Positions 27,260-40,170 of a stretch of DNA of 64,000 nt are shown here, piece after piece. Position numbers and translations under genes: made by a program. A model generated the notes under the pieces. That model searched no databases. It was not told the DNA's origin and saw only the letters and a list, made by a program, of their open reading frames with translations. Location: positions 62,001 to 126,000 of the forward strand of contig JAHLTZ010000027.1 of the NCBI GenBank assembly GCA_025786725.1. Direction: 5' to 3'. Source of the stretch: Syncephalis fuscata S228. Taxonomy: Eukaryota; Fungi; Zoopagomycota. How positions within the stretch are numbered: position 1 is the first letter of the stretch; each line of letters begins with the position of its first letter.

Positions 27260-29395
27260 CTAAGTAGCAGCTTCGATTTTAAGCCGTTTAGCACTACCAC
27301 TTCTTTCAGGTTTTCGCGTAGACTTCAACAAATTTCGTAGCTTATTTAGCTTAACAACTGAAAGGCTACGTGTTTGGCCTTTAAGACCAAAATAGGAAAC
27401 GCTTAAGGTTTGTCCTGGTACTATTTTTCCATTAGCATTAATCAGATCGAGTTGAATGTATCCAGAGTAAACCCAATTCTCAATAAAAGGCACATTTTCT
27501 GGTGGTGTAATATCAATACTTAGTGTAGTAGATGCTTGGGCTGGCACAGTGATTGCTTTGCTAAATTTAACACTGGCCGGTGCATCACGATGTTCTGGCG
27601 GGTAAATGGGCTGGCCTCGAGCATCATATCCTCGGACAGTTGCCGCAGGTAAATGTGAAACTCGGTAAACTTTGACTGTGGAACCAAAATTACTGATTTC
27701 CAATCTCTTGTTAATGGTCGCAGCTACACCTGTAGGATATTCGCCAAGGAGTAGCATCGATGGGTTAACGCGTGTTGTCTCGGCAATGGCCCGTTGAATA
27801 TTGAATAGTCCCGAGCCTTGTTGGGCCACCGAACTAATAAGCGGCGAAAAGGGTGATCGTACAGGCTTGGATGTAGTTTGAAGTAGAGATCGAAGAGCAT
27901 GAATATCTTTTTGAACGCCGTGTTTTTCGAAATAAAGAGCTACGGCAGCGGCCATATAAGGAGCAGCAAATGAAGTACCACTTATATGATTGAATGTGGC
28001 AATTTTTTTACCATTCATAGTAGTACTTAATAATGGCGAGCTAGGTGCAGTAATGTCTGCATTGCTTGTAAGCCATGGTGTAGGACCCCAAGCAGCACGT
28101 GTATCTCCGTAGAATTCATCGGCTGTAGGTTCAACGCCAAATTGATTTAATAGATTAAGTTCAACTTTGGGCTTGCGATCCAACATCTGTCTAATATATT
28201 GAATATTTGGTATGGCCAGTTCAAAAAATGGCACTGAACAAGAAAAAGTGTCATAAATTTGACCATACTGAGCAGCCGATGCAATAACACCAAGAGCATT
28301 AGCTTGCTTAGCCTTTTGGATTAGCTGATCAATTTTGCAACTATTTGAGGGCGATACAACATAGCTGCCCATTACGTTATTTGTAATATCGCATGAAGCC
28401 ATTGCCTTTTCGTCAGTTAGAGATGTAGCCAGAGTAGCATAGATTTTTCGCCGATTGCTTTGTGGCATAGGACAAACAATATTATACGGGATACGAAGCG
28501 CTTTAGGATCGCCAGTAATTGAAAACCAATACGATGAAGGATCGGGCATCTCAGCTCCTGATACCGAAATAACGGAAGGTGCTATACCAGGTGCACGTGC
28601 CTGCCACATCGATTGCTCAACAAGGTTGCCAGCGGATACAATAACCGTTAAGCCTTTTATAGCAGCAGATTGAGCATAGACTACCGGCATGGTTACTGAT
28701 TCATGAGTATTGATGGACATTGATAGAAGCACAATATGCATTCCATCATCTGCGGCAACATCTAGGGCTAGTTTTATTAGACCTTCGTTTGCTGCAGACT
28801 CATCACAGCCTGCTATGCGATATGCGCCAAGTGTAGCTTTAGGAGCAATACCCACAAATGTATTTGTTTGGGCACCGATGATGCCCGCTACTTTAGTACC
28901 GTGACCATAACAATCCATTGGATCACCTCGATCCTTTCGGCTATGAATATCGGCTATAGAACGACCGTAAAGATTCATGCCAACAGCAACTCGACACTCT
29001 TTGCCAAAACAGCCACCAAGAGCTGGATGCAAGTAATCGATACCGCTATCAATTATACCAATGTTAATACCTTGACCAGTTAATTTTGCTTCTTTTGCCG
29101 CCTTTATTCCAGTAGCCTCGTATCCAGTTACTGGTTTAACAAGTCTTTTATTATTGTTTATTTTTACCATGGGATCCAAATTTTTTATAACACTGAGTTC
29201 AAAAGTCGAATCGCTATTTGTTTTGAGACGTCGTACAAGTTTAACGTAATCTAATGATGCCTGAGCCGTTTGATTGCTACTTGAATTTAACTTAGCAATA
29301 GAATCAGGTGACAAAGGTAGTGCATCAACATAAATCGTAGTATACTTTGTGCTAGCAGCCAGCAGCAAAGTAGCATAGAGTAGTACAAGTCGCAT
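27260..29395 (-). CDS. Secreted subtilisin-like S8 serine protease (Vpr-type, with PA-like insert and Fn3-like C-terminal domain)
   Basis: Intronless ORF with a signal peptide (MRLVLLYATLLLAAS), Asp (IIDSGIDYLHPALGG), His (GHGTKVAG), oxyanion Asn (SAGN), Ser (SGTSFAAP), SVAQQGSG and a C-terminal YSGYI motif. Confidence 0.92.
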   Translation of the reverse strand: MRLVLLYATLLLAASTKYTTIYVDALPLSPDSIAKLNSSSNQTAQASLDYVKLVRRLKTNSDSTFELSVIKNLDPMVKINNNKRLVKPVTGYEATGIKAAKEAKLTGQGINIGIIDSGIDYLHPALGGCFGKECRVAVGMNLYGRSIADIHSRKDRGDPMDCYGHGTKVAGIIGAQTNTFVGIAPKATLGAYRIAGCDESAANEGLIKLALDVAADDGMHIVLLSMSINTHESVTMPVVYAQSAAIKGLTVIVSAGNLVEQSMWQARAPGIAPSVISVSGAEMPDPSSYWFSITGDPKALRIPYNIVCPMPQSNRRKIYATLATSLTDEKAMASCDITNNVMGSYVVSPSNSCKIDQLIQKAKQANALGVIASAAQYGQIYDTFSCSVPFFELAIPNIQYIRQMLDRKPKVELNLLNQFGVEPTADEFYGDTRAAWGPTPWLTSNADITAPSSPLLSTTMNGKKIATFNHISGTSFAAPYMAAAVALYFEKHGVQKDIHALRSLLQTTSKPVRSPFSPLISSVAQQGSGLFNIQRAIAETTRVNPSMLLLGEYPTGVAATINKRLEISNFGSTVKVYRVSHLPAATVRGYDARGQPIYPPEHRDAPASVKFSKAITVPAQASTTLSIDITPPENVPFIENWVYSGYIQLDLINANGKIVPGQTLSVSYFGLKGQTRSLSVVKLNKLRNLLKSTRKPERSGSAKRLKIEAAT

Positions 29396-30086
29396 TGTCA
29401 ACAGCAATAGTAAAGTTTTCTAAGATTTCTATACGATGAATAAAAGAAATAAATGAATAGCAAATAACTTACATGTAAAAACAAACCATTCTTATATATT
29501 ACAAATTTATTAGCACATGAGTAACTGAAACAAAATTAAAACGCTGAATCTTTCCAAATTTGTAGTTGGCAAATAAAACAAAAATTGGTGTACCCAAATA
29601 GAGAATGACACTATACTAAATACAGTAATACCTCAATGTGAATGGATATAATAGGATGATGTTGGATTGTTTATTGATAACATCTAAACGTAATTTTGAA
29701 ACAACTTTTTACAACACCGCTAAGCGTAACATTTACTATTTGCGGTATAACGTTATTACGATTATTGTTTTGATATTAGTGTAATTTTGTCAAATAATTA
29801 CAACTAATGATTATCTACTATTTAATATGTAGTATTGGCACAAGGATGATTTACCAATATGTTACAATTATTATAGATAGGTTATTGAACATTTGTTATT
29901 AAATGATGTTTTACGACACCTACATAAAACGTTTAATCACATCATTTATTATTTTTTCTCTCTCTCTCTTTCTTTCTCTTTATTTAATAATAGTAGTTTA
30001 TTCATTTCCGTTATTAAGTGACAATATGTTAATTCACTATTACGTGGTCTATTATTATTGCAACTCTACTATTATTACATAACATG

Positions 30087-31328
30087 TTATGTCATCAATT
30101 TTGGACGTAGTGCTTCAGCAATGGATACATAACTATGTGCTTCTAAGCTATCTGGACGAGCAACCACTATTGGACGTCCTTGGTCGGATAATTCACAAAT
30201 ATCAGCATTTAATGGAATTTCCCCGAGTAGAGGCAACTTCATTCGATCTGCCAATCGACGTACTCCTTCTGTGCCAAAAATGTGTGTTTTAGTAGAACAG
30301 CAAGGACAGTTAAAATAGCTCATATTTTGAATCATGCCTAATATCTAATTCATCGTCATTAGACAATTAATCATTGGTTCATGCTTGTAATTACCGGTAC
30401 ATGCACTTTCTCAAACATTGCTACACCTTTTTTAGCATCCGCTAATGCCACATCTTGCGGAGTAGAAATGATAATTGCCCCTGTATATTGTTATAGTAGT
30501 AATTAGCATTGGCTATAGTTTTTACATGTCCGTCTACTTACCTTTTAGATTGGCTGTTGACTCACCGTCAGCTGGGTATCACCAGTGCCTGGCGGCATAT
30601 CAATGACTAGCACGTCTAGTTCGCCCCAATCTACTTGATGTAACAATTGCTGGAGCGCTTTCATAACCTACAAGTACTTAGTACAAGTGGATTTGACGTA
30701 GACATCTATATATCTCGATACTTACCATTAGACCACGCCATACTACAGGTGCTTCTTCATCAATAAGCAAACCCATGGACATGCACTTGACACCATAATT
30801 GACCATGGGTATCAATAATTCACCTAAATACACATTTTAAGTATATCAATTAAATACTGTGATAGTTTAAGCACCTTCAGCATCAGCTTTCCCTGATAGA
30901 TTCATTAATCGTGGAATAGATGGACCGAATAAATCAGCATCTAAAATGCCTACCCGACATTTCTGTGATGCCAATGCCAGTGCCAAATTAACTACCATGA
31001 TAGTCAGTATCATTATTGTTGTTGTTGTTATTACTAAAGCCTATCGCTATACTTAATTCACTTACCGGTAGCGGTTGATTTACCAACACCGCCTTTACCC
31101 GAAGCAACTGCAATCACTGATTTAACTTTACTAAGCGTAGAAATACGTGGTGGTCCAGCCGGTGGCTTCATAAAACTGGCCAATGACCTATCCTATCCAT
31201 TGGTTATAAACACCTATTTAGTATTTCAGCAACAGTAACCATTCTCTTCCAGGTCTTACGCTATAGGAACGAATAGACTGGCTATTAAATAAACGCCTTG
31301 TCCATAGTCTACTTATAGCTACTGACAT
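30087..31328 (-). CDS. IND1: Mitochondrial Fe-S assembly P-loop NTPase Ind1/NUBPL (Mrp/NBP35 family)
   Basis: Presequence-like exon 1, [62 protein letters not shown]. Confidence 0.9.
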
Positions 31329-31503
31329 GATCAATCAATTGAATAAATATATCGCATATATACGTATAAATAGGTGAAAAAGGCGAGTGTATTATAAATA
31401 CAAGTGTTTATTGTTATTTACACTAATACAACTACTGCCACACCACTACACCACACTACCAACAGTCATCTTTACATCTTGTTTCTTTATCGTTCACATC
31501 AGT
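31329..31503. promoter_or_regulatory. Compact bidirectional promoter region (IND1 / KIC1-like)
   Basis: Divergent ATGs only 175 bp apart; TATAAATA at ~31365 and ~31393. Confidence 0.55.
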
Positions 31504-34500
31504 ATGCCATTTGCCAGTTCACACTACATTAAAGAGGAATTGGTGGGGCAGGGTGCCTATGGAGAAGTATATAAATGGTAAGTAATCTATTCATATACAT
31601 ATATACGCATATATATTAGAGATGCGCGGCTATCATCATAACGATAATAGCGCTTATGACACTTCAGTACCTGAACTAATAAACATTCAATACTAGTCGA
31701 GAACGCAAAACGCAGAAAGCAGTGGCCATAAAGATTATTGATTTGGAAGCCGATGAAGACGTGTCAGATATTCAACGAGAAATTAATCTACTGTCACAGT
31801 TAAAGAACGCCGAATCAGGCAATATATCACGATATCATGGCAGTTTCCTTGAAGGTTCCAAACTATGGATTGTCATGGATTTGGCCGAGGGTGGCAGTAT
31901 TCGCACATTGGTCAGTATTCTAATAGGCTTTTATAAATATAATGTATCAAATAAGCCATTTTTACTAATTGACTGTTGTACATCAATATATCTATCTATC
32001 TATAGTTGGAGTCAGGCACTTTAGAAGAACGATATATTTCTGTCATTTCACATGAAGTAGTCGTTGCTCTTGCTTATTTGCATAGATCGGGTATTATTCA
32101 CCGTGATATAAAAGGTGATAAGAACAGTATCATAGTTATTATCAATATAATTAACATAATATAATATACAATATAATATATATATATATAATAGCGGCCA
32201 ATATTCTTATGACCGGTGATGGTCGAGTACAACTATGTGATTTCGGTGTAGCCCGTCAAGTAACAGCCAATTCACTGAAACGCTATTCATTTGTTGGTAC
32301 ACCTTATTGGATGGCCCCCGAAGTAATTCGACAAGAATCACAATATGGATTCAAGGTAACAATAATAACAACATATATATAATAATTTATATACTAATAA
32401 TACTATAATAATATAGGCTGATATTTGGTCCTATGGTATTACTGTCTATGAAATGTTTACGGGCAATCCACCCATGGCTGATAAAGATCAGCGCAGTGTT
32501 CTTAATCTTATTCCTAAAGTGAGACCAGCTGAACTGGAAGGTGCAGCCAGTGCCAATATGAAAGAATTCACTCGTATGTGTCTAGCCATGTTACCACACG
32601 AAGTAAGTAACAGCATGCGTAATTGTAACAACATTGATATTAATTGAATGTTGTATAAAAGAGAGCCAGTGCCGAGGATTTATTAAAAACTAAATTTGTC
32701 AAAAACATTCCTCGTGATTCAAAACGTCTTTTACTCGAACTTATAGAGCGACATGAACAATGGAAACGCAAAAATAAAGACACTACACAAGCACAAGATA
32801 CAAAGTAACCATATTAACTAATATATATTAATAGATACTAATAGTTATTGTAATAGAGCGGGAGAAAGTGGAGATGAAGGAAAAGATACAGAACAGTCAG
32901 ATGATGCTTGGGATTTCGATACTGCTGTAAGTAACACCAATCCAATATATATATATATAGTATAAATACTAATATAATTATATTGCAGTCATTGGCAAGT
33001 GAATCATTTGATGAGAAATCCACTGCAAATGTTGATGTAGAAGCAACACCACGCACCGGATTATTACAAGAAACGGCATCTTTAACACCTACAGGTAAAT
33101 ACAGTATAGCATATCTATCTATGATAACTAATCAGCTGATAGGTGGCAATACATTAATAGCTGGATCATCATATTATTAGGAGAACAATTTGGTGCTAAA
33201 ACCAATTTATTAACTGCTCGTAAACTACCAGCAGATCTTCATCCTCTACAAAGAATGTTTGCTGATTCAGATGAATCCGATAATTATACATTCAATCCAT
33301 CGACTATCCGAACACCAGTAACTATATCAAGTGTTAAATCACGCGATGATGGTCTATTACCACCAGTTACTGAAACAGCACTTACTGTTAAACCATCTGT
33401 GTTAGTATCTACAACTACAGCAGCAAATACAACGACAAGTACAATTACAAGTACTACAGCTACAGCTACAGCTACAGCTACAACAATAGCTACAACAACA
33501 ACAACTACTACTACTACCACTACTGCCACTACTGCCAATCATATAACGACGGATGTACCTATTACTACAATAACCCCAAGTATATCCACTAACAACGCTA
33601 TTCCCGCCCCTCCATCACCTAAAAAGATTACTGTAACACCTCCCACTACAGTAACTGTGATTACAGAGTCACCTTCCACTTCAATCAAGTCAATTAATGG
33701 ACATAATACACGGAATACACCCAAATTAACTGTTGAAACAACTATTCCCGTTGATTCAACAAGATCTAGAGCACAAACACTCTCACCTGATACGGCTAAT
33801 ATGATCATTCATAGAAAGCGATCAGGTAGTGATGCCGGTGCAATTACATTGGCGAGTAACAATAGTGGCCCTATTGGATCATTACGTAAAAATGATCCTC
33901 GTAAACATGAACGTGGTCTAAGGTAAGAGATAGATAGATAAATATAAATATAATAGATATATTAGTTGCATAATCACTTATAATTGTTAATAGCCATGAA
34001 CAAACAACAGCTGTTCAAACAGTAAGTTATAATACATTAATATTAAATGTGTTACTTATACCATTATTAGGCTATTCGACCCAAGTTAGTGATGCGTAGA
34101 GTTAAATCAGCCACTACATTACGTAAACAATCAAATGAAGAACAAGAAGCGGCCAAATTACAACAACAGCAACAACAACAACAACAACAACCATCACATC
34201 GACCCAATATGCCATTATCTATTCTTAAGCCAGATGCCCATAATCGTGGTCGTAGTTGGAGTGAACTTGGTACCGAACATTCACTATCCATTCTACCTGA
34301 TGTAAGTATATATTGTTAGTACTATTCTATTACTTATATACTATACTATACTATACTATACTATACTATAATATAGACTCCTGATCCTATTCGATCACGT
34401 ATGGGTAGTACTACACTTACTAAATCATCCATTCGTAATAATACAATGAATGGAGGTGAAACAGATCTATTAACACAGCAATTTATGGAAGCCACTGATG

Positions 34501-34562
34501 AATTATCCGAATTACTAGATCTATTAGAAACAAGATTGCGTAATTGTAAAGCTGATGTATAA
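31504..34562 (+). CDS. KIC1: STE20/GCK-family Ser/Thr kinase, Kic1/Nak1-like
   Basis: GQGAYGEVYK, VAIKIIDLEADEDVSDIQREINLLSQL, IHRDIKAANIL, LCDFGVA, FVGTPYWMAPE, DDAWDF, then a long Thr/Gln-rich tail over about 11 exons. Subfamily assignment is from motif recall. Confidence 0.8.
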
Positions 34563-34773
34563 TTAACTAGTTAGTAAAGACTAGATATTTATAATAACCA
34601 TAGATAGATAATCTATGGATAATAGATTGATAGATAATTAATAATTGATAGATAAATATGTTTGCATTACTTTTGTTATGAATGATATAAATAGTGAATA
34701 AATAATTTAGTTATTTGTTTTATATGTATTTATTTTAACTATTCATTCTAATATTAATATTATTAAATAATGA

Positions 34774-36039
34774 TTAGATAAAGGGAAGCATATCACGGAA
34801 ATAGGCCACCGTCTCTTCAATTCCTTGTTGTACTGAAAAGCGTGGTTGCCATCCTAATTGATCACCTGCTAGTTTAATATTGGGACGGCGTCGTTGTGGA
34901 TCATCCTCAGTGGGCGACAGTATCTTAATTTCTACATCTTTATTGACTTGAGCCTGGATTATTTCGGCAAATTCTTTAATCGTATATTCATCTGGATTAC
35001 CGAGATTAACTGGATCTGTATAGTTATTATTCATCAATAGAATAAGACCGTCCACTAGATCATGTACATATTGGAAGGAGCGGGTTTGTGCACCATTACC
35101 ATAAATAGTTAATGGTTCACCTCGAAGGGCTTGTACAATAAAATTACTAACAACTCTACCGTCAAAGGCATTCATGCGAGGACCGAATGTATTAAATATA
35201 CGGGCCACTCTGACGTCAACACCGTCATAACTGGCATAAGCATATGTAAGAGATTCAGCCACTCGTTTGCCTTCATCATAACAAGCACGAGGCCCAATTG
35301 GATTGACATTGCCCCAGTAAGTCTCCTTCTGTGGGTGTTCTAATGGATCACCATAGACCTCCGATGTGGAGGTAAGTAGGAAACGGGCATGGTTACGTTT
35401 GGCCAATCCAAGCATATTATGAGTGCCATACATACTCGTCTTAATGGTCTTGACTGGATTCTTTTGATAATGAGGCGGTGAAGCCGGACACGCCAGATGA
35501 TAGACTTGATCAATCTCCAAAGTAATTGGATCGATGACATCATGATTAAGCCATTCAAAGTTGGGATGGCCCATCCAGTGTTGTATGTTAAGACGGTTAC
35601 CAGTATACAAGTTATCCATAACAATGACTTGATGTCCCATAAGCATTAGACGATCCACCAAATGGGATCCAACAAAGCCGGCACCTCCTGTAACGAGAAT
35701 ACGTAACTTCTCCGTTGATTTAAGCATCTTTACCGGTGGATAGTCTTGAGCCTTTAATTTGTAAATAAGTGTATTATCTTGTTCGTTTAATTGACCATGA
35801 AGTGGTGCAGGTTGTAGATAGAGTGGTTGTAGAACATTGAGCGGTACAGCAGATCCAATAGAGGCATGGCCTACTGAAGTTACCGCATCACTTTTCTTGC
35901 TAGCATAGTTGCTGTTACGGGTTGTGGCACTTGACAGTAATGGATCTGATAGATAAACAATAGATGCAATTATCCATAAAACAGAACCCAATGCCAGTGT
36001 CATAGTAATAACTAATGCCGTCCTTTTAATACCTGGCAT
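34774..36039 (-). CDS. UXS1: UDP-glucuronate decarboxylase (UDP-xylose synthase) with N-terminal type II membrane anchor
   Basis: Intronless ORF: [58 protein letters not shown] hydrophobic segment lies near the N-terminus. Confidence 0.95.
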   Translation of the reverse strand: MPGIKRTALVITMTLALGSVLWIIASIVYLSDPLLSSATTRNSNYASKKSDAVTSVGHASIGSAVPLNVLQPLYLQPAPLHGQLNEQDNTLIYKLKAQDYPPVKMLKSTEKLRILVTGGAGFVGSHLVDRLMLMGHQVIVMDNLYTGNRLNIQHWMGHPNFEWLNHDVIDPITLEIDQVYHLACPASPPHYQKNPVKTIKTSMYGTHNMLGLAKRNHARFLLTSTSEVYGDPLEHPQKETYWGNVNPIGPRACYDEGKRVAESLTYAYASYDGVDVRVARIFNTFGPRMNAFDGRVVSNFIVQALRGEPLTIYGNGAQTRSFQYVHDLVDGLILLMNNNYTDPVNLGNPDEYTIKEFAEIIQAQVNKDVEIKILSPTEDDPQRRRPNIKLAGDQLGWQPRFSVQQGIEETVAYFRDMLPFI

Positions 36040-36277
36040 AAGCAATATAGACTATAAAATAGACAGATAGATAGATAGATAGATAGACGGAGAAAGAAAC
36101 AAACGTATTTGGGTGAAAAACACGAAAATACATTCTATTTGTGCGTATTTATGAATTTAAAAGACATCAACTATTATATTTATTAATAGAACACGTACTA
36201 TTATTGATATTACTTATTTCTTTACCTTTTGTTATTACTATACGTTGATTGATTGTTGAATTACACTAACTATTGGT
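36040..36277. promoter_or_regulatory. Compact bidirectional promoter region (UXS1 / ARP5) with (GATA)n microsatellite
   Basis: Divergent ATGs 238 bp apart; (GATA)n at ~36066-36086. Confidence 0.5.
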
Positions 36278-39200
36278 ATGCAACAGAAGGTATTTGATAT
36301 AAAGACTGAAACAGATGCGCTATTGCGACAGTTATATACGCGCAATGCCTACAGTTCTAGTTCTAGTTCTGGCTCTACTACTGTATCAGGAGGACCTGGT
36401 CAAGCGATCATTATAGATTACGGTAACCGTCTATTATTGAATTACAAACAATTGTATATTTATATTCTATTATAATATATAGGTTCTTATGAATGTAAAG
36501 CAGGCTGGTCAGGAGAAACAAATCCTCAAAGTAAGATAGTATATCAATAGTATAGTGTTATACTAATAACAACAACATTAATAACAACCACTATATTAAT
36601 ATAGCTTGTTTTCCTACTGTTATTGCTAAATATCGTGATCGTCGATTGTCACCCAAGAATCTTATTCTAGTTGGTGCTGATGTAGCAGCTCATCCACAAA
36701 CACGCCCCATTGCTCGTAGTCCATTTGATGATGGCATTGTTTGTAATTCTGAGTATATGGCAAGTATTAATAATAGTAATAGGAATTAGTATATCTAACT
36801 ATTAGATGATAGGAATTGACGCTGGATAATATATTCTTGAAACTCGGTGTTACAGGTCATCATCATGTTGATCATCCATTATTGTTAACAGAACCGATCT
36901 GTACACCAAGTGGTAGTCGTAAAAGTAACTATCGCTATTACTATGACTATTATTGCTGTTATATTAACTTATTTTAATAGTTATGTCCGAATTGGCATTT
37001 GAATGTTATGGCGTGCCTTCTGTTTCCTATGGGATTGATGCCATGTTTAGTTATTATCAAAATGGTCATTCAATGAAGAAGGATGGTATTATATGTTCTA
37101 TGGGACATGCAGCAACTCATATCCTACCCATTGTTGGTGGTCGTGGTCTATTTAATTCGTGTAAACGGTAGGATACAATAATTGGATTAAATGGGTTATT
37201 AATAGCGACTAGACTATCATTTGGAGGAAGAGATGCGGAGGATTTTATGTTAAAGTTGATGCAATCTAAATATCCTACATTTCCTAGTAGAATGTCTTCA
37301 TTCCAAGCACGGGTAAGTATTGGAGGTTCTGTAATGATAGATGAGCAATATTAATATGTATATAGTCACTCGTCTATAATCATACTTATGTTAGTGATGA
37401 TTATCAGTAGAGGAGCGTAAATATGCCGATGAGACCACATTCCACGAATTGAATCATACAATACAATTCCCATATACAAGTGTTAAGGTATGAATAGATT
37501 AAATATAATATATGATATGTAAATATCAAATGTATATTAATGTATATTAATTGTATACTATAGGCAGCAGAAGAAAAGACTGAAGAGGAATTGGCAGCGG
37601 CTACTGAAAGAAGACGTGCTCATTTAGTGCGTCTACAAGAATTGGCTGCCAAATCACGTCAAGAAAAGGTAATAGTATAAATAATCTAGATAAGTATGTA
37701 ATATAACTTATTATTATTAGAATGAAGCAAGAGAATTGGAATTACAAAGACTTCAAAATATTCGAGAAACCTGTTATGGACTAGATGATGATGACTTGGA
37801 AGTATGTTATTATACATACATACACACATATATATATATATTAAATATTAAATATTAATTTAATGAATATTATTAGGCATTATTGGCAGATAATCAATTT
37901 GATACTATAGATGATTTGGATATAGCAATTAATACAATGGATCAAGCAGTAAAACGAGCATTGGCCCGTAAAGGTGATGGATCCAATACTGAGGTATTAA
38001 TAAATAATGTTTATTATTTAATACAATTAACTGATTAATTAATTAATGTATGGATGTAATAGACAGCGTCTATGGCAACATTACCACCTGAATTCCCCCT
38101 TCTAGATATTCCTACTGATCAGTTAACGGAAGAGGAAAAGAAAGAACAAAAGAAACAACGATTAATGAAAGCCAATTATGATGCACGAGAGCGTTTAAGA
38201 CGACAAAAGGAAGAAGATGCCCAGCGCAAGGTAATAGATGATGGTCTATAATCTATAGCCAGTATAACTGAATGAATAAATTTAATATAGGCAGATCGCT
38301 TACGTCAAGAAGAGGAACATCGAGAGACTGATTTGGATGGATGGTTAGACAGTTTGAGAACCCGTTGGCAGGTAAATAACACATTAGATGAATTGCTATC
38401 TATTAGCTAATTGTATTAATGTTATCAATATTCAATTACTAGTCTATGTGGGATAAAGCTGAAGAGGTTAGAAAGGAGAAGGAACAGTTAGGCGATCGTC
38501 GTAGTCAAGCATCACGTAAACGTATGCAAGTTATCGCTGAACTGGCCAGTGAGAATACAAAACGACACGTCGTAAGACAAAAGGTAAGTGGATTATTACG
38601 AATTAAAATATCAATATTAACTAGACTTTTTTAGATGATTTTGGTATGAATGATGAGGATTGGAATGTTTATCACGATATTGTAAGTATTATTTTGATGG
38701 TTTATTGATTACTTTTAACCTTGTTTGAATAGAGTAAAGAGGAGGAACCAGAAGATGAAGAGGATCAAGAAGAGTTGGAATTACTTGAATCGTTTTTGAC
38801 AGAACACGATCCCAACTTTTTGGATCATCATAAGAATAAGCAGACGTGGAGTGATAAATCACCATTATTACGTCGGTTCTTTTGGGCAGATGCACAAGAT
38901 GGCAGTACGGAACGTGCGCATCAACTTCAATTGAACGTGGAGCGAATTCGAGTACCTGAAGTATTCTTCCAACCAAGTATTATGGGCATTGATCAAGCGG
39001 GTATTGGTGAACTATTAGAGGATTTATTTAGGACGCATAGTAATGCATCCTCCCTATTTGAGGTAATTAAAACATAAGAATTGGTATATCTATTTATACT
39101 CATGGTTATGGTTATGGCTGTTGTTGTTGTTGTTGTAGACGGTGTTTTTGACCGGTGGTATGGCTCAGTTGCCTAATCTTAGTCGTCGATTACAAACGAC

Positions 39201-39408
39201 ACTTACGGGTTTATTGCCAGTTGGTACATCGCATCAAGTACAGTTAGCTGCTGATCCTATACTGGATGCATGGCGTGGAGCAGCTCAATGGGTACGCACT
39301 GATCCTACGGCATTTGCCCAAGCCAGTATTAGTCGGGCCCAATACGATGAATGTGGTAGTGACTATTTGATTACTTCGCCTTTTAGTAATCCTTATTTTG
39401 CATCTTAA
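36278..39408 (+). CDS. ARP5: Actin-related protein 5 (INO80 complex)
   Basis: IIDYGS...AGW, MSELAFECYGVPSVSYGID, KYPTFP, a charged coiled-coil insertion, DDFGMNDEDWNVY, LNVERIRVPEVFFQP, DPILDAWRGA. About 15 exons, one GC donor (36760) and an apparent 1-nt deletion at ~37408. Confidence 0.9.
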
Positions 39409-39867
39409 ACGTACTATTAAAATAATAAATAATTAATTTTGCAATTTATCAATGTTAATTTAGTTTTTATTTTATTATTTGTTATTTGAATAAAATATTG
39501 TTATGGTCACATCAGTATATAGTATAGGTTTTTCTGCTAGCTTGTTTTTTAATTAATATTCATTAATTTTGAATGTGAATTAAGCAGACATAAAAATATA
39601 AATCGATTGTATACAATTGAAATGAAACCACATGTTTATTACTACAAGCTTGCATAATTGAATAAACACAACTAAATGCAGTATTGTTGGTAATACAATA
39701 CAATTATTGGTTATAAATGGATAAACCGGAACATTGGCTAGAACTTAATATGAGAGTAGACTATGTGGCAATTGTCAAATGATCTTGTTTCTCGCCGAAT
39801 ACATATCTAAAGTATATTAAGCTAAAAGCTTAATTATTTGCCAATGTTGCTGTCTTGAGAGCATTGA

Positions 39868-39999
39868 TTATGAAGGACGAGTAAAAGTACGATGAACAGG
39901 AGGAGCACGACGAGCTAGGACTGGACTGGCATCCACCATAGATGTGGTGGCCACAAGAGCCACAAGGACGGTGCAGACGGCGGCAATGGAAAGCTTCAT
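39868..39999 (-). CDS. Small secreted peptide precursor, 43 aa, intronless (not in ORF track)
   Basis: MKLSIAAVCTVLVALVATTSMVDA-SPVLARR-APPVHRTFTRPS*: hydrophobic signal ending VDA|SP, a short pro-piece, a dibasic RR site and a 12-aa tail. It is a GC-rich island in AT-rich DNA, with a TATA-like TTTAAATA at ~40131-40138 and a paralog at 43186-43279. Confidence 0.8.
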   Translation of the reverse strand: MKLSIAAVCTVLVALVATTSMVDASPVLARRAPPVHRTFTRPS

Positions 40000-40170
40000 A
40001 TTGGTATTGATTGGTAAAAAATAAGTAGAAACAGCAATAGAGCTTGTTTAGTAGATAGTAGATAGTAGTGAGTATTTAAGAAGTAGAGTGTAATGATGAT
40101 ATCGCAGTTAGTTGTGTACATTTTGCGGGCTATTTAAACCTATTGTTGTGCTAAGATACCAATATTGTAA

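Noticed and set aside
33284-33808. Poly-Val antisense ORFs, also at 46487-46993 and 23353-23694
   Set aside because: Antisense shadows of low-complexity exons in real genes on the other strand.
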